Notes: a model not told the origin generated them from the sequence alone. DNA of 62,556 bases, filler included, from Choristocarpus tenellus KU-1152 (GCA_964200185.2; 12 parts of 12 records of this genome joined end to end with filler, not necessarily neighbours in it); one strand, 5' to 3'; shown: positions 11,920-25,023, numbered from the whole stretch's first letter. Numbers and translations: made by a program.

Positions 11920-13300
11920 CTCTTGAATTGGTTTCTTGAGTGATTAAAATAGCCAATTAAACAATCAGAACATCTTTTACAGGCATACATATTCCATCGA
12001 GATTTCGTTACCCTTTCCCACCACCATGACAACTATATCAAGGATTCGCGGTAGACTTGTTTTGCTGATCGTGAGACATATCTCTTACCTGGATAACAGT
12101 CAACACTAATATATACTAGGTAGAACGTGACATTTTTCGCTCGGATTGAAATCCCCACCACCCTAACATCAGCGTTGTCACATGCTCTACTAGGGGCACG
12201 ATCAATTGTGTGCCATCGTGCTATGAAGTATACTGTTTCTTACGCACAGGTAGGTATCACCCTCACTCTAGATACGAATGGAAGGTGTGATTTACTCACC
12301 AAATTAATTGTTAACCGAGGCTGTTTGGGTTTGAACCTGGGGCCAGCCAAACCACCAGAGTGCTTTCCCGTTCTCGCACTCTCATTGAGATTTCATCACC
12401 CATTGTCACCACCACCGTAACTACATCAAGGAGACACGGTCGACCTTTTCAATGTGACATGTGCAGTAGCCAACCAAATCACCAGAACATTTGCTACTGC
12501 ACACATATTTGAGCGAGGTGTTTCAGGAACCGTTGTCACCACCAGGACAACTCCATGAAGGACTCACGGCAGACATTTGTTCTTATGTGATTGATAGCAG
12601 GCAACTAAACCGCCGGGGCATCCTCTCGTGCATACATATTTCACTGAGATTTCATTACCTATTGTAACCATCACTGAGAACGTCAAAGATGCAGATTCGA
12701 CCTGTTTTTTTCTATGTGAGAGGTATTTCTTAGCTTGATACCAGTCAATAATCTTACACTACGTTGTAGTAAGTGATGTGTTATACTTGGATTAGATTCC
12801 CTACCACAACATCGCTCGATCCCTTTCAACAGTATGATGCTACGTTATATACGAGATCATTGAAACTTGGATTAGAATCCCCACCACCCTCACAAAATTA
12901 TATTATTATGCCCTCTGACATTTTGCAGATGTGTCAGGGGGAAAACCACTGAAAACTATACATATGTCGTTACATAATCGTTTCCACAAATTCTACTAAA
13001 GGTATAGCCTACCATATACTTTTACCATTCCATGAAAAATGTGCCATTTATTCTGCAATGGTTTGACTAATGCCAGTGAAGTGATAACGCACTATGCAGC
13101 AGTTAAGTATTTTACCTTCCAAAAAATAGAATATCTGCAATCGTCACTCAGATTGTCATTGTCACATGCTCTACTTCTCGTTTGTTGAAGCTTTTGTTGT
13201 AGTTCTCGTTCTCAGAACAATAATTCTGTCGCTCGGGCTTGGACCTTGAATCTTGTGCATTTGAGCAACACGTTATAGGTAACAAACCCAACAGAGAAGT
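11920..13300 (-). repeat. Degenerate tandem array of tRNA-Val-derived units (partial tRNA pseudogenes plus upstream flank)
   Basis: Variants of the tRNA 5' end (+ strand AGCCAACTAAACCACCAGAGC) recur at ~11951, ~12345, ~12468, ~12600 and ~13278. Most are followed by a shared GAGATTTC..ACC..TGTCACCACC..CAAGGA flank. 13225-13298 is a near full-length decayed tRNA. Confidence 0.65.
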
Positions 13301-14156
13301 TCTCAAGGTCACATAATTCAGGTAGTTTTTTGCTACCCGTTCACCTCACCGCTATTATTATTCGTCAAGCATTCTTGGTCAACTTATACTTGGTCGACTT
13401 GTTCAGTTTGTGTTACAGGCGAATAGCGGGAGTATTTCTTCCCGCGCTTTAAGCAGCGGGAGTATTGTACGCACGTGGGGAACCCCAAAAGGGAGGACTC
13501 CGATTTACTAAAAAGTTGCAGAATAAAATCTGTAACTCGGGAAAGTCGCAAGGGTTCCCAGATGAAAAGGTCGCAAAGATTCTCAGATAAATTCCAATGT
13601 TTGTAAACCAAAGAAGCCCCAACGATAAATGATGATAAGAGATCCTAAAAGCGGCTCCAAACAGCTTAGTTCTTCTGACCTAGACATCCCACCTTTGGCA
13701 TTCTTTCTTACAGATATCGATAAACATATTTTCCTTGTGCTAATTTATTCGTTCGAGAGTACTCCTGTTCTACTGAACTGACGTTCGTTAATCTGTGAAT
13801 TGGATTTGAGTTGTACATCCTATGGAGGTGAGTTCTAAGAGGTGCCTGTAACATGGAGGTCTACCGAGACTTCCACCCTGTAACATTTGTCCTCATTTTT
13901 GTTTTCTTCCCTTTATGACCTGTTGGTTTTTATTTGATGAATTTGTTCATTTTGAAATATGTTTCTTAACCTTGCCCTTTATATAACCTCAATCGATGTA
14001 TTCTTCACCTTTGAACACATCTACTACAGTACAGTAGGTACCCCGATTTTGTTCACNNNNNNNNNNNNNNNNNNNNNNNNNNNNNNNNNNNNNNNNNNNN
14101 TTAATTAATTAANNNNNNNNNNNNNNNNNNNNNNNNNNNNNNNNNNNNNNNNNNNN

Positions 14157-14266
14157 CCTACTCCGAAACATATCGGAGTAGGAAAAAGTCATAAAACACC
14201 TGTGGAAAGCCAAGTCCCATATGGACAAACAGGGCAAAAATCGTACCCTCTAAGATACTTTCACTC
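14157..14266 (-). mobile_element. MITE family A, partial (contig start)
   Basis: ...TCGTACCCTCTAAGATACTTTCACTC. Confidence 0.88.
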
Positions 14267-14393
14267 TAAACGCGGGATAACTTTCTGAACTTAGGTTGAA
14301 TAGGAGGACACAGAGAGATCTTCACAACAGCTGTAACCCAACAAGAGGAGGAGTAGAGCTCCACCGTCCCACCAATGTAGACAACTCCCTCAC

Positions 14394-15461
14394 CTTTTTG
14401 TACTTTTTCGGATCTCTGCTAGTGACACTTCTTTCTTCTTCTTCTGGCGTTTGATAGCTTCTTAGAGGGTAGAGCTGTATCCATATGGAGGCCAAAACCC
14501 AATGTTGCAATTTTGATGCAATTTTGGCTATCGTAATTGTTAGGAGATGCCAATATCCTTGTTCTGGACACACCTTTTCAGAACGTATACATTTGATATA
14601 CTCCGAAACATTTTGGAGTAGGTAAGATGTCATTCAAAACCCGTGGAACCCAAGCCCCCAATGGACAAACAGGGAAAAACTCGTACCCTCTAAGATGCTT
14701 TCACTCTGAAAATATACCTTATCGTACAGCGTGTGCTCAACCACACTCTCGGTCGTGTTGTTGAATGCTATAAGCGTGCGGTGCAGTGGGTGAACGGGGC
14801 AAGGGGTTTGTGGGAAGCGGTCGCGGGACACACGCGGCAGGCAGTAGTGAGCAACATGTTGCTGCTGACAGAAAGACCACGAGGGATAAAAAAGATCAAC
14901 AACGAAAAGATCAACAACGGGCTGACTGATGATCAACCAAACAAAGGAAACACGGCAACAACTTGGCAGATCAGAAGAGTCATCAGGCGATCATGGAACA
15001 ACGACAACACTCCATCACTCACCGTTGGCAATTAGCCTATCTTCTGCTTGGTTGAACTCCATGTAGACCCGCATCATGAAAGGGTGTTCGTGATCAAAAT
15101 CTTTCTTCAACATCGTTATTCTATGGTTTCCGTCCAGTGTTTGTCCTTGAACGGCAAGCGCAGTGTCGGTGGTGAGCTGGTCCCCGTTTCCTAAGCAGGC
15201 TTGTTGGATGACGATGGACAGAGCAAACTGCTCGAGCCAGCCTTTTTCACGGATAGACTTGCTGACGCGCGCAAGGCCACGCTCGCTCAGGGGATGCACC
15301 ATCTCTGTGCATGTGATGTTGCCGAGTTTCATCTTGTACATGCCGAGGCAGTGCTGTTCAAGGAGCGAGGACATGCCCTTGGAATTGCTGTCCCACGCTC
15401 TCGATCCGTGGGCAGCGCCATTGGCGCGCAGGGGGGTCGTTGTTGAGCGAATGTTTGACAT
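14394..15461 (-). pseudogene. Spliced ParB/Sulfiredoxin-like domain gene, exon 2 interrupted by a MITE
   Basis: Exon 15461-15023 reads VHPLSERGLARVSKSIREKGWL...TLDGNHRITMLK (ParB/Srx GxxR motif). GTGAGT...TTATAG intron 15022-14768, phase 1, gives RLIAN-AFNNTTESVVEHTLYDK. Beyond the MITE a basic segment AIKRQKKKKEVSLAEIRK ends near a GTGAGG donor at 14393. Confidence 0.7.
14460..14706 (-). mobile_element. MITE family A, one TIR clipped, inserted in ParB-like exon
   Basis: TCTTAGAGGGTAGAGC...TACCCTCTAAGATGCTTTCACTC. About 10 terminal bases are missing on the left. Confidence 0.9.
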
Positions 15462-15606
15462 GGCGAAGATTGGGAAGGTGTGATGGGGATAGATAAGAAA
15501 GAGCTGCTGGTGGTATGTGCGGAAGGGAAGGAATAGAAATGAGGAGTGAGGGCTGGGAGGTGCTGCCTTATTTCATCTGGTCAGCCGGTCCCCAAATAAA
15601 TCAGAT

Positions 15607-16812
15607 TTCTCTTTCCGTTGATAATTGTGTTCCAAAAAATATGAATATCGAACAGTATACGATTTCATTTTTAAAACAGATAGAGAGTATCAGTATTTCG
15701 TGACCACTTCGTTTCGGAAGATTTCAAACGTATTAGATCAACGAAGTATGTGGTTTGTATTTTTATTTGTTGATATTAAGAATAGAATATAATTTTTATT
15801 TCATAAAAACCAGAATACACGTTTTTTCCAGAACATGGATTTCAGGCTGGTCCGACGGATCACTTGAAACTCAAAGTTCTCTTTCTGTAGATAATTGTGT
15901 TCCAAAAAATATGAATATCGAACAGTATACGATTTCATATTTCAAACAGATAGAGGCTATCAGTTTTTTCTGATCTTTTTGTTTCGGAACATTTCAAACA
16001 TGTTAGATCAACGAAGTATGTGGTTTGTATTTTTATTTATTGAAATTACGAATACAATCGAATTATTAATTTCTAAAAACCAGAATACACGTATTTTCCC
16101 GATCATGGATTTCAGGCTGGTCCGACGGATCGCTTGAAACTCAACGTTCTCTTTCCACTCAACGTTCTCTTTCCGTTGAGCCTCAAAGTTCTCTTTCCGT
16201 TGATAATTGTACTCTTAAAAAAACAAATGTCGAACAATATAAGATTTTGTATTTAAAACAATTAGAGAGTATCAGGTGTTTGTGACCTTTTAGTTTCGGA
16301 ACATTTGAAACGTATAATATCAATTAAGTATGGGGTTTGTATTTTTATTTATTGAAATTACGAATATAATCGAATTTTCAATTTCGAAAAAAAAAATTAT
16401 TCATGTATTTTCCGGATCATGGATTTCAGGCTGGTCCGACGGATCGCTCGAAACTCAAACATCTTTCATACGCCCGGCTTCGAATTCAATTCTATCGTGC
16501 CCAAGACCGACTGTTGCCTGAAACCAGATTAGAATGTAGTTTTTAGTTCATCACAGCGAGAACAAGCGCGCTTTCCAGAGCACAGATTTAATTCTGGTCC
16601 GACGGATCCATTGAAACTCAAACATCGTATGCCCGGCTTTGAATTCAATTCTATCGTGCCCAATACCGACTGTTGCCTGAAACCAGATTAGAGTTTAGTT
16701 TTTAGTTCATCACAGCGAGAATACACACGCTTTCCAGAACACGGATTTCATTTTGGTCCGACGGGTCTCTTCAAACTCAAACATTGTACGCCTGGCTTCG
16801 AATTCAATTCAC
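15607..16812. repeat. Complex tandem array: three ~270-bp units followed by two ~160-bp units with a shared core
   Basis: Units start TTCTCTTTC(C/T)GT(T/A)GATAATTGT at 15607, 15877 and 16189. Core GGATTTCAGGCTGGTCCGACGGATC(G/A)CTTGAAACTCAA, or variants, occurs five times (~15837, 16107, 16421, 16585, 16743). Confidence 0.9.
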
Positions 16813-16859
16813 TCCTAGACCTTCTCACTGCTCAAGACCGCCTGTTGCCCGAAAACACC

Positions 16860-17322
16860 ATGACAGTTGCTCCCACAGCAAGGGGGTGGCGTTTGCCGCC
16901 TGCGCCGCCCCCTGCATTGCCCCGTCATCAGCCCGTCAACAATGATGCGCTGGAGCTTTCTACCAATGATTCTTCAGCGACCGGCGCCAAGCTTCGCCGA
17001 GAATGGGCTCAGCCCATCCCTGTCAACGAACAGGGTGACTGCTGCAAGCGCTAAGCCTGTGTGAAGAAGTTCGTAGCAGATAGCGAGTCCTCCCTTGCCC
17101 GGACATTGGCCAAAGAGCAGGACATCATCCGGGCGTGTGAGAACCACCGCGATCACAAGCGCTTCGTTGGTGACCATGTATCTGTCATTACGTTGGGGCC
17201 TGGAGGCGGATCTATGCGGCCGGCATTGCCGTTTGTACACAGTTCTTCAAGGCATCGTTCGGAATATCCAATCATGTCATCGACGCTTGCAAAGGTACAC
17301 CTAATGCAAGTGCATCCTCCAG
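16860..17322 (+). pseudogene. N-terminal region of a Sola1-type DNA transposase (stop plus frameshift; truncated by contig end)
   Basis: ORFs 16845 and 17061 are in the same frame across one TAA (DCCKR*ACVKKF). After a 1-nt shift at ~17216 it reads AAGIAVCTQFFKASFGISN, matching the CC-x-C..F / G..VC..FF...GIS pattern of Sola1-like transposase N-termini. Confidence 0.5.
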
Positions 17323-17422
17323 NNNNNNNNNNNNNNNNNNNNNNNNNNNNNNNNNNNNNNNNNNNNTTAATTAATTAANNNNNNNNNNNNNNNNNNNNNN
17401 NNNNNNNNNNNNNNNNNNNNNN

Positions 17423-20400
17423 TGTCCTCCAAAGAGAGCATCTTCGGCTTCCCTCCAATCTTTGGACCACGTCCCCCCACCACCTCTGCCTCCGCCACCA
17501 CAACCCCCCCCTCCCCTCTTCCCCCTCTTCCCCCTCTTCCTCCCGGTACAAGCTGGTTTATTTGAGGAAACGCCCGTGATCTTTTCGCACTCCGTCTCTC
17601 CAGGCAGGCCACCCGCAACCTCAGCTCTTCCTCTTGTATAGCCACACGCCTCTTAAGCACAGCATCTGTCCTTCGCTCCTTTTGTGCCCCTGCCCCCGGC
17701 ACCTCATCCTGTGTACACCCTACGACCCTATCTTGCCTTGCACAGGCAACAGCAAGGGCTGCTCCTCTCCGCCGGCAATCAGCTCCTAGAACCTTGTCAA
17801 GGCGTCGTTCCTGGATGTGCAAGGCCACCTGCAGGTCGCGCTTCAACTTTTGACGAAGAATCATATCCCTAGCCAACAATGTGCGTGAGGCAGGGGAATC
17901 AAGGCCGTACATTGTAAGAAAGGGTACAGGGCCAGCAAGAAATTCCGTTGTTTAAGGATGAAGTAAGGCTTGGGGAGGGGAAGAGTATTCAGAGAAGGTA
18001 AGGGGAGGGGCAAGAAGATGGTACGCTGTAAGCGGCGAAAGTCGTGAAGTAGGGGATAGGATGTAACACATGTCTCCCGCACAAGCATCACTCATCGGCA
18101 CTAGGGAGATTTTAGGAGCACAAAGACAGTCATCACTTTGCCTGAGGATCTCAAGCATCACTGAACGATTTTTCTCAAGGTCAAAAGCGCACAGAGGAAT
18201 AAACTGTGACTGGTATTATTTGGGCTGAGGTCTTAGATAGCTCAAAAATAGTTCAAACTCCATAGGCAGACAATACAGAGAGTCTTCACCTTCTGTGCCT
18301 TGACCAAAGAATAACTTTGCTGAGTGTATTACCTTCGTCCCTTCCTCCCCATGTCCCATGTCTGCACCCATACTAGCTCACCCCTCCCCCCCCCAGTACC
18401 ACTTCACCTTTGCCTTTCACGCTCAGCCCTCCGTTGTGCTGCTCGTTTAGCCCTCTTTTCTATCTCTGCCACCCTTCTTAACATAGCCTCCTCCAACTTC
18501 AACTGTTGCCTAGCCTGTTCTGCTGCTGCCTTCTGAGCCCCTCCCACCCTGGCCCCATTCTCTGTCTCAGGCCACGCCACTCCCAAGTAACCCGGTGCAA
18601 GATGAGTCCTCCTGGTACCATGTCCTTCTTTACCCCCTCCCCTCCATGTTATCCTCCCCTTCCTCTGCTTTCCACAAGGCAAGGGTGGTGGTGAACACCC
18701 TCCCACAACAACTTGATCATCTGTACATGACCTCCCAGCTCCTTCAGGGAGAGGCTCTGGAGTCAACCTTGGAGTCAAGGCATTGCTATTGGTAGGGGTG
18801 GGTTTTTGCCCCTGAGCTGGAACTGGACCAGTTACTACAAACTGTGATGCCCCTCGCTGTGGCGGTAAGGGGGGCATCAAAGCACATTCTCCTGCCTCAC
18901 TTATTGGCCATGATCGACGACTCATCAGGGAAACCCCAGGGGGGACGAGGGGTAGGCTGTCAGTGATCCTGACACCTTCATCATCTCGTCCCCTCCAGTT
19001 TTTCCTCTCATCCCTGCTGCTGGTGTACACAACTGGAGGGGTGTCTGTGGTAGTGTTTGATGGGGAACATGACCGTTGTGCCAGGAGTCCATGGACTACA
19101 TGTAGATCGCCATGCTGCTTATTCTGCTGTTCTTGGATTTGTAGTGAAGACAGCAGTGATTTCTGGAGTGGACTTTGGGGAGGGAGGTCGCAACTGGTGT
19201 GGGCAGCAGGGGCGATGTCCAAGCTCATATTGTGAGATAGCAGCTTCACTGAATCTGGAGAGATGCTTCTAGGGCTGGACGGTGGGAGTGGGGTTGAAGG
19301 CACAGGTTATTGGCACCAGAAGGTCAGCAAGTTGAGATAGGGTCAATTAACAAGCAGGTAGCAAATAACAAAACAAATTCCAAAAAGACACAGATGGAAG
19401 ACAGCAGGTGTGTTCTATATAGTCAAGATGTCAGTCCACTTCCTTCAACAAAAATACCTCTACTATAGCCTTGGTCACCTCAGAACCAGTACACTCATAC
19501 CCTCAAGTTAGGGGAAGGGGAGGGAGAAAAGAGAGGATGGATGAGTAAAGTCTAGAGTTTCCAAACAAGGCTCACCGGCTCAACCCTGCTACCTCTGGCT
19601 TTACACACTTTGGATCCACAACTTTCCTTGCTGATGTTGCTTCTGCATTTCCTGAAGCCGACCATGCTTCAATTGTTGCAAAGGATAAGACAGAGGTTGA
19701 TACAGGTGGGAAGCAGGGGTCGGGCGATTCAGGACCCATCCAGCTGTAGCTGACATCTTCAGATGAAGATGTTGGCAAGCTTCCACCATTTATATCAGTT
19801 CCCTTTCCCAATGGGCTGTCCTCGCCACTCCCCCTTCTTCGGGTGCACTCTCTTCCTGGGAGAAACTCCATGGTGGATGGGGATGACTGTGATGAGCTGG
19901 CACTTTTATTTTCCTCTGTTCCACAAGTGACAGCATTCCTCCACCTCGTACTACTGCCACTTACCCTGTCCTCACTCACACTTGTCTGAGGTTCATCGCT
20001 GAAAGCCTTACTTCTTGAAAATGGCATATAACTGGAGGATCCAGTACCCAATGTTGCTTTCATAGCTGCCGCCAGAGATGACCTGGCGCTGGTGTTATTG
20101 CCACTACTGCTGTTGTGGCTGCTGCTGTCACTATTGCTGTTGTGACTACGTCCTCTCCCTGAAATACCTAATGTCCAGTCAACTTTGTTGCGACCTCCAC
20201 CTCTCTCCTCCCCTTTGATTTCTTCGCTTAGACTGTGGCTGCTGCTAGTACCACTTGTGATTCTGTTGCTGGGTTCGCTCTCACCACTACTCTCTGGGAC
20301 TTCCATTCCTGGTGAGTGTATGCCCCTGCCTGACAAGTTATTGGTGCCTAAATCTGCCTCTCTATTGCTGGTATCATAGATGAGGGCTGATACCCTAGTT

Positions 20401-23400
20401 GCTTCTAGCACTGCTGCTGTTGCAACTGCTGGTAAAAATGCGGCTACTTCCAATGATGTATCTAACACGACTCTCCCAGCTGATTCCCCTGAAGAAAATT
20501 TGATAGAGCCTTCGGTATTACTGGCACCGTTGCTGTTGTTCTCACTCTCTCTGCCCTGGTGGAATGCCATACGAAAATTGTGGATTGCTGTGGGGATGAT
20601 ACATCAAAGTTGGCGAGAATTGGGTCTGTGTTGAGACAGAATTGCCTGCTTAAGTGATGCCTGGGAGTGCTATGAGTATCACTATTGACCACACACCAAT
20701 TGCTAGGATAGAGCAACAACGCATCATATTTTTCTCAAGGGCCAGTTCATTTTGGTGAGGGAGGGAGCAACCATCAAGATTAGGTTTTAGAGGCACAATT
20801 AGATGTTGGGGTAGAGCAGTAGCACTGTCAATGTCATCTCAATAACCACAGAAAATCTAAATGGGTGAGGGGTCAAGGGGGAAGCTTACACTCAGGCTTG
20901 CAGACAGGTACAGGCATCTAGAGTCTCTCCATGGAAGGAAACAAGTTTCAGTCCATCAAAGCTACTCTTGAGAAATGAAAACATTACATATCACAGACAC
21001 ATGTGGCCAACCCGTTGGGGATTCCATGCGCATTATGCAACAAGCTCCATCAGAAAGATCAGCAGCATGAGAGGGGGAATGTGAAAGCAAGGGTTGGTTT
21101 TTCTTAAATTGCCCCCCACTCCCTCATTCCACAACTCTCACAAAGCGAATCACCTGCAAGCCCCAGATCACTTTCAGGCTCTCCTCTTCAGGACTGTGTT
21201 CCCCCTGCCCACACCCTGTTTCCTCTCTCCATGGCCCTTGCCTTTTGTCCTGCGGAATCCAATCAATGCCTTCCCTCCCCACAACCTCTTCATCAAGCTG
21301 CGCATCGGGCAGTGTGGCAACTGCCACTGGGTCTGAGCTGTATAATCTTTGTTCTTCATTGCCATCCTCAAAGGCTAGGCCAAGAGTAATTGTGGCATTG
21401 ACCTTGACACTGTCTACCCCTCCCACCATGCTAAGGGATCGGCTATAAACCAAGGAGATTGGGGGTGGGGGTGGGGGTGAAGGTATGGATAGTTAGGGTA
21501 GGAGGGGAAAGGGTGGTGGAGTGGATATTGCTCATTAGATATCCATTGCACAAAATGATTTATCTGGTTGATACAAATAAACACACCTCTCAAGATTGGG
21601 GTGGTTACTATCATGCTATGAAGAATAGTGTCAATACAGGTGAGAAAGAGGCATGCATTTGGGGAGAGGAAGATATGCAGAGATGAAAGGCGATACTACA
21701 ACAAGTATTTGCAAGAGGAGAGAGGTTTGGAGTTAGGGGCAAAAGAAAGTACCTGACGAACCATGAGGTAGCTGACTAAGGCTGAGCATCATCAGAGGCT
21801 TCCCCATCACCCCTGTATCTCACAGTGCCCACTTGTCAGTATTGATCCCTACAAGTACACAGTTGAAACAACCTTGCATATAGGCCAGAACCTCATGTCC
21901 CCAGGACAGATCACCACAGTTGAAGAGATTGGAAACAACAACCTCTCTTATACCCTCCAATCCCCCCACTCCTCTTGTCCTCACACCCACCCACCAGCAC
22001 CTTCCACATTTCTGATACAAACTTGAGGCAAGTACCCCATCAATGCCATGCGTTGATATACCCTTCCATAAGTTGGACCACCCACAAGTTTGCTCAACTA
22101 CACAAAATTCCTCACTGGGATTGCAAAGTGAACAAATAACTCGAGCTCGGCAGCTCACGGCCTGTGAGAGTGATCAAATAATCCGGACTACACATATACC
22201 CCCTCAATCAACATGTTCAACTTGATTCAACTTGATTGTGAATGATGTTGAATGTATTGTACAAATCTTCATTGATGTGCAATGCCTATGTTCACGAACA
22301 TGTACGTTTACTGACCGATATCTACCCTAGTCTTTACATAACTAGCACATAAACTCGTCAGTTGAGAATATATATATATATATATTACAGCATTGAATCT
22401 AAGCTGGTGCAATACTCCTTGTGCTTCATTCTTGTTAGCAGTTCAGTTCCAGCTGTGCAATGCACTTTTTCATGAAAAATAAAATAAAATATATATATAT
22501 ATATACTTTGGTATATTGATTAATATATTAACTTGCAGAGACAAGATAAATGCCATCTCTATGACAACTCGTAGATGGTCAGTCACACACAACTTGCTGG
22601 ATTCAAGTAACTTACAAAAACTTCATCTCTTCATGTTTGTCCCCAACCCTATGCAAGTCTGCAAGATATTTGCCCAGGGATAAATATAAATAAATCAGAG
22701 TTGTGGTTTTGTTGGTGGTACATTATGCCTGTGAGATAAGCCAGCAACAGTATATCTGGTTTAGTTTATTCTGTCAGTGATAACTTCCATACTCTAATAC
22801 CGACCCACCAAATCAGCAAAATTTAGTTGGTGAAAATCTCTGAAATCTTGCAAAATCGCCAAATGACTACTGTATTTCTAAGTCCTATTTATTTTCCTGG
22901 ATTTGTTACACTCAGATTAATGAGGTGGTGCATGCATAGATAACCTGAAGTTGCAGGTAACACATGTACAACTCTGATTTATGGCATGAATCACCATTGC
23001 ATCCAGTGGTGTAATGATTTATCCATATGAGAGTCGACCCACACTACGTATACACTTTTCCTTCCACTTCTCTTGCCCTTGTTCACTTCAATCAACCAAG
23101 TCATTACTCCCTTGCACACAATCAGGAGGTACAATTCATCAAATATCTGCAACCTTCTCTGCTGTCCATCCACCTCAGATAGGGGAATGTCCAGGGTACC
23201 AAGTGGTGGTGTAAGCTTGGCAGCATGACCACTGTGCAATCCCATTCTGTGTCCTCCATCCTCCTCCTGATCCTGCTCCTCCTTCTCACTCTCACTTCCA
23301 TCTCTGCTCCCAGCCCCAACACCCCTCCTTGCAGCCCTTGGAGAACCACTTTGGAGGCATCCTTCTTTGTGTACCGATACCTTCAGGGCACCCTTGTGAA

Positions 23401-24287
23401 AATAGAAGCATAGAATAGGGAAGGAGCCAATTTTGTGTGAAAGTAGTGAGTGGGCCTTGTGGTAGGTTGTAGCAATAGCATCGATTGCATTGATCTAGTC
23501 TAATTCAAACATGGATGGACAGTCAAAAGTTGATACTCAGAGGAAAGCATGACTGTGACAAAGGTGGCCAAGTGGGGCAGGGGGGTTGGAGAACATGGAA
23601 AAAATCTATTGACAAGTTCATGAGCTACACAAGTTACTTGTGCACTGCATGAAGATGGGGAGACCTTTAACATACCTAGTGATATAATTGAACTATGTAG
23701 CTTAAAATGTGTTACATGTCACACTATCATGTATAAGCTGTCACAGCAGAGGTTGCAACACCTTATCCATTGATTCAGGCAAGTAGAGGAGAGGGAGGGC
23801 ACTATTGTTCATAGCAGCTTTGCACAGGGTGTGGCGCTGGCTGCAGGTGAAAGCACAGTCGCATCACGCTGGCTATACAATTAATTATATAAAACTATCA
23901 CTCTCACTATGGATATATCCTCATCCCATTGACATCATACATGGGCCTGTGTAAGAGTTACACAAGTACCTGCTGCATTTCCATCACAACTAAAATATGT
24001 AGACCAGAAACGCTAGCAAGAGAGACAGGAACGGAATCGAGGTACATGGGCAGCATAGACTACCACTGTACGTGGTGGTAACTCTGAAATGCCTTAAGTG
24101 ATGTACCCAAGTTCCACTTGGGTCCTTTGAAGACATCACATGATGCCAAAGGATTAATACCTAAAAAAGCTCTAGCACTCACCTGTCTATCATTGCCCAA
24201 ATAAAGACATAGGGTCTCGTTCCACAACACGCGAGCCCCCCCAGAGCTTGGTTGAGTACAACGTGTGCCTTGAAGTAAACAGCCCCC
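17423..24287 (-). pseudogene. Large multi-exon gene or pseudogene with C2-like segments, long Ser-rich (19572-20570) and Pro-rich (18404-19303) exons and coiled-coil exons
   Basis: Long low-complexity ORFs ending at minus-strand GTGAG/GTGAA donors (19574, 18406, 24182). ARVLWNETLCL and LGTLDIPLSEV resemble C2 domains. EAMLRRVAEIEKRAKR and EEELRLRVACLERRSAKR are similar repeats. Several exons contain stops. Confidence 0.45.
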
Positions 24288-24907
24288 NNNNNNNNNNNNN
24301 NNNNNNNNNNNNNNNNNNNNNNNNNNNNNNNTTAATTAATTAANNNNNNNNNNNNNNNNNNNNNNNNNNNNNNNNNNNNNNNNNNNNACTATTAAGAAGA
24401 ACGATTAAAAAAAAAAAAAGAGGAGAAAAAAAAGGGGGGGGGGGGGGGGGGCTTATTGAGGGGAGTGAACCGGACAGACCCAGTCCTGGCAGCTTTGGTG
24501 CAAATGTATAATCGGAACAGAGAAGAGAGACAGAGAGAAATAGTTAATCATGGCAATGAGGAAGATAAATAGTTAAAAAATAAAGGCAGCGGTAGTGGTG
24601 TCCCAGTTGATTACATCTGACATTATGGTTCTATACTAATATTCCTTCTGCATATTCATCTAATAATAATAATATTCTACATGGCTCTGGAGTATCTCAC
24701 AAGCAACAATATACATATCTCTATATATATATGTATGTACATTTAAATCTGTATCTGTATGTATCAATGTATACTGAGCAATTGCTTGTCTGTTCTTGTG
24801 AAGACGAGCCTGAAGTAATTAGGAAACTTATTCAACTAGATACAAACACAACAGAGCCTACTGTTTCTTCTTGCTCTGTTCTGGTCTCTGTCTTTCATCT
24901 ACTCCCC

Positions 24908-25023
24908 CGTAAATGATACACACTCCAGAATATCAAATATCAAACGTAAAATGATACACACTCCAGAATATCAAATATCAAACGTAAAATGATACACACT
25001 CCAGAATATCAAGTATCAAACGG
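24908..25023. repeat. 38-bp tandem repeat x3
   Basis: CGTAAAATGATACACACTCCAGAATATCAAATATCAAA repeated. Confidence 0.92.
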
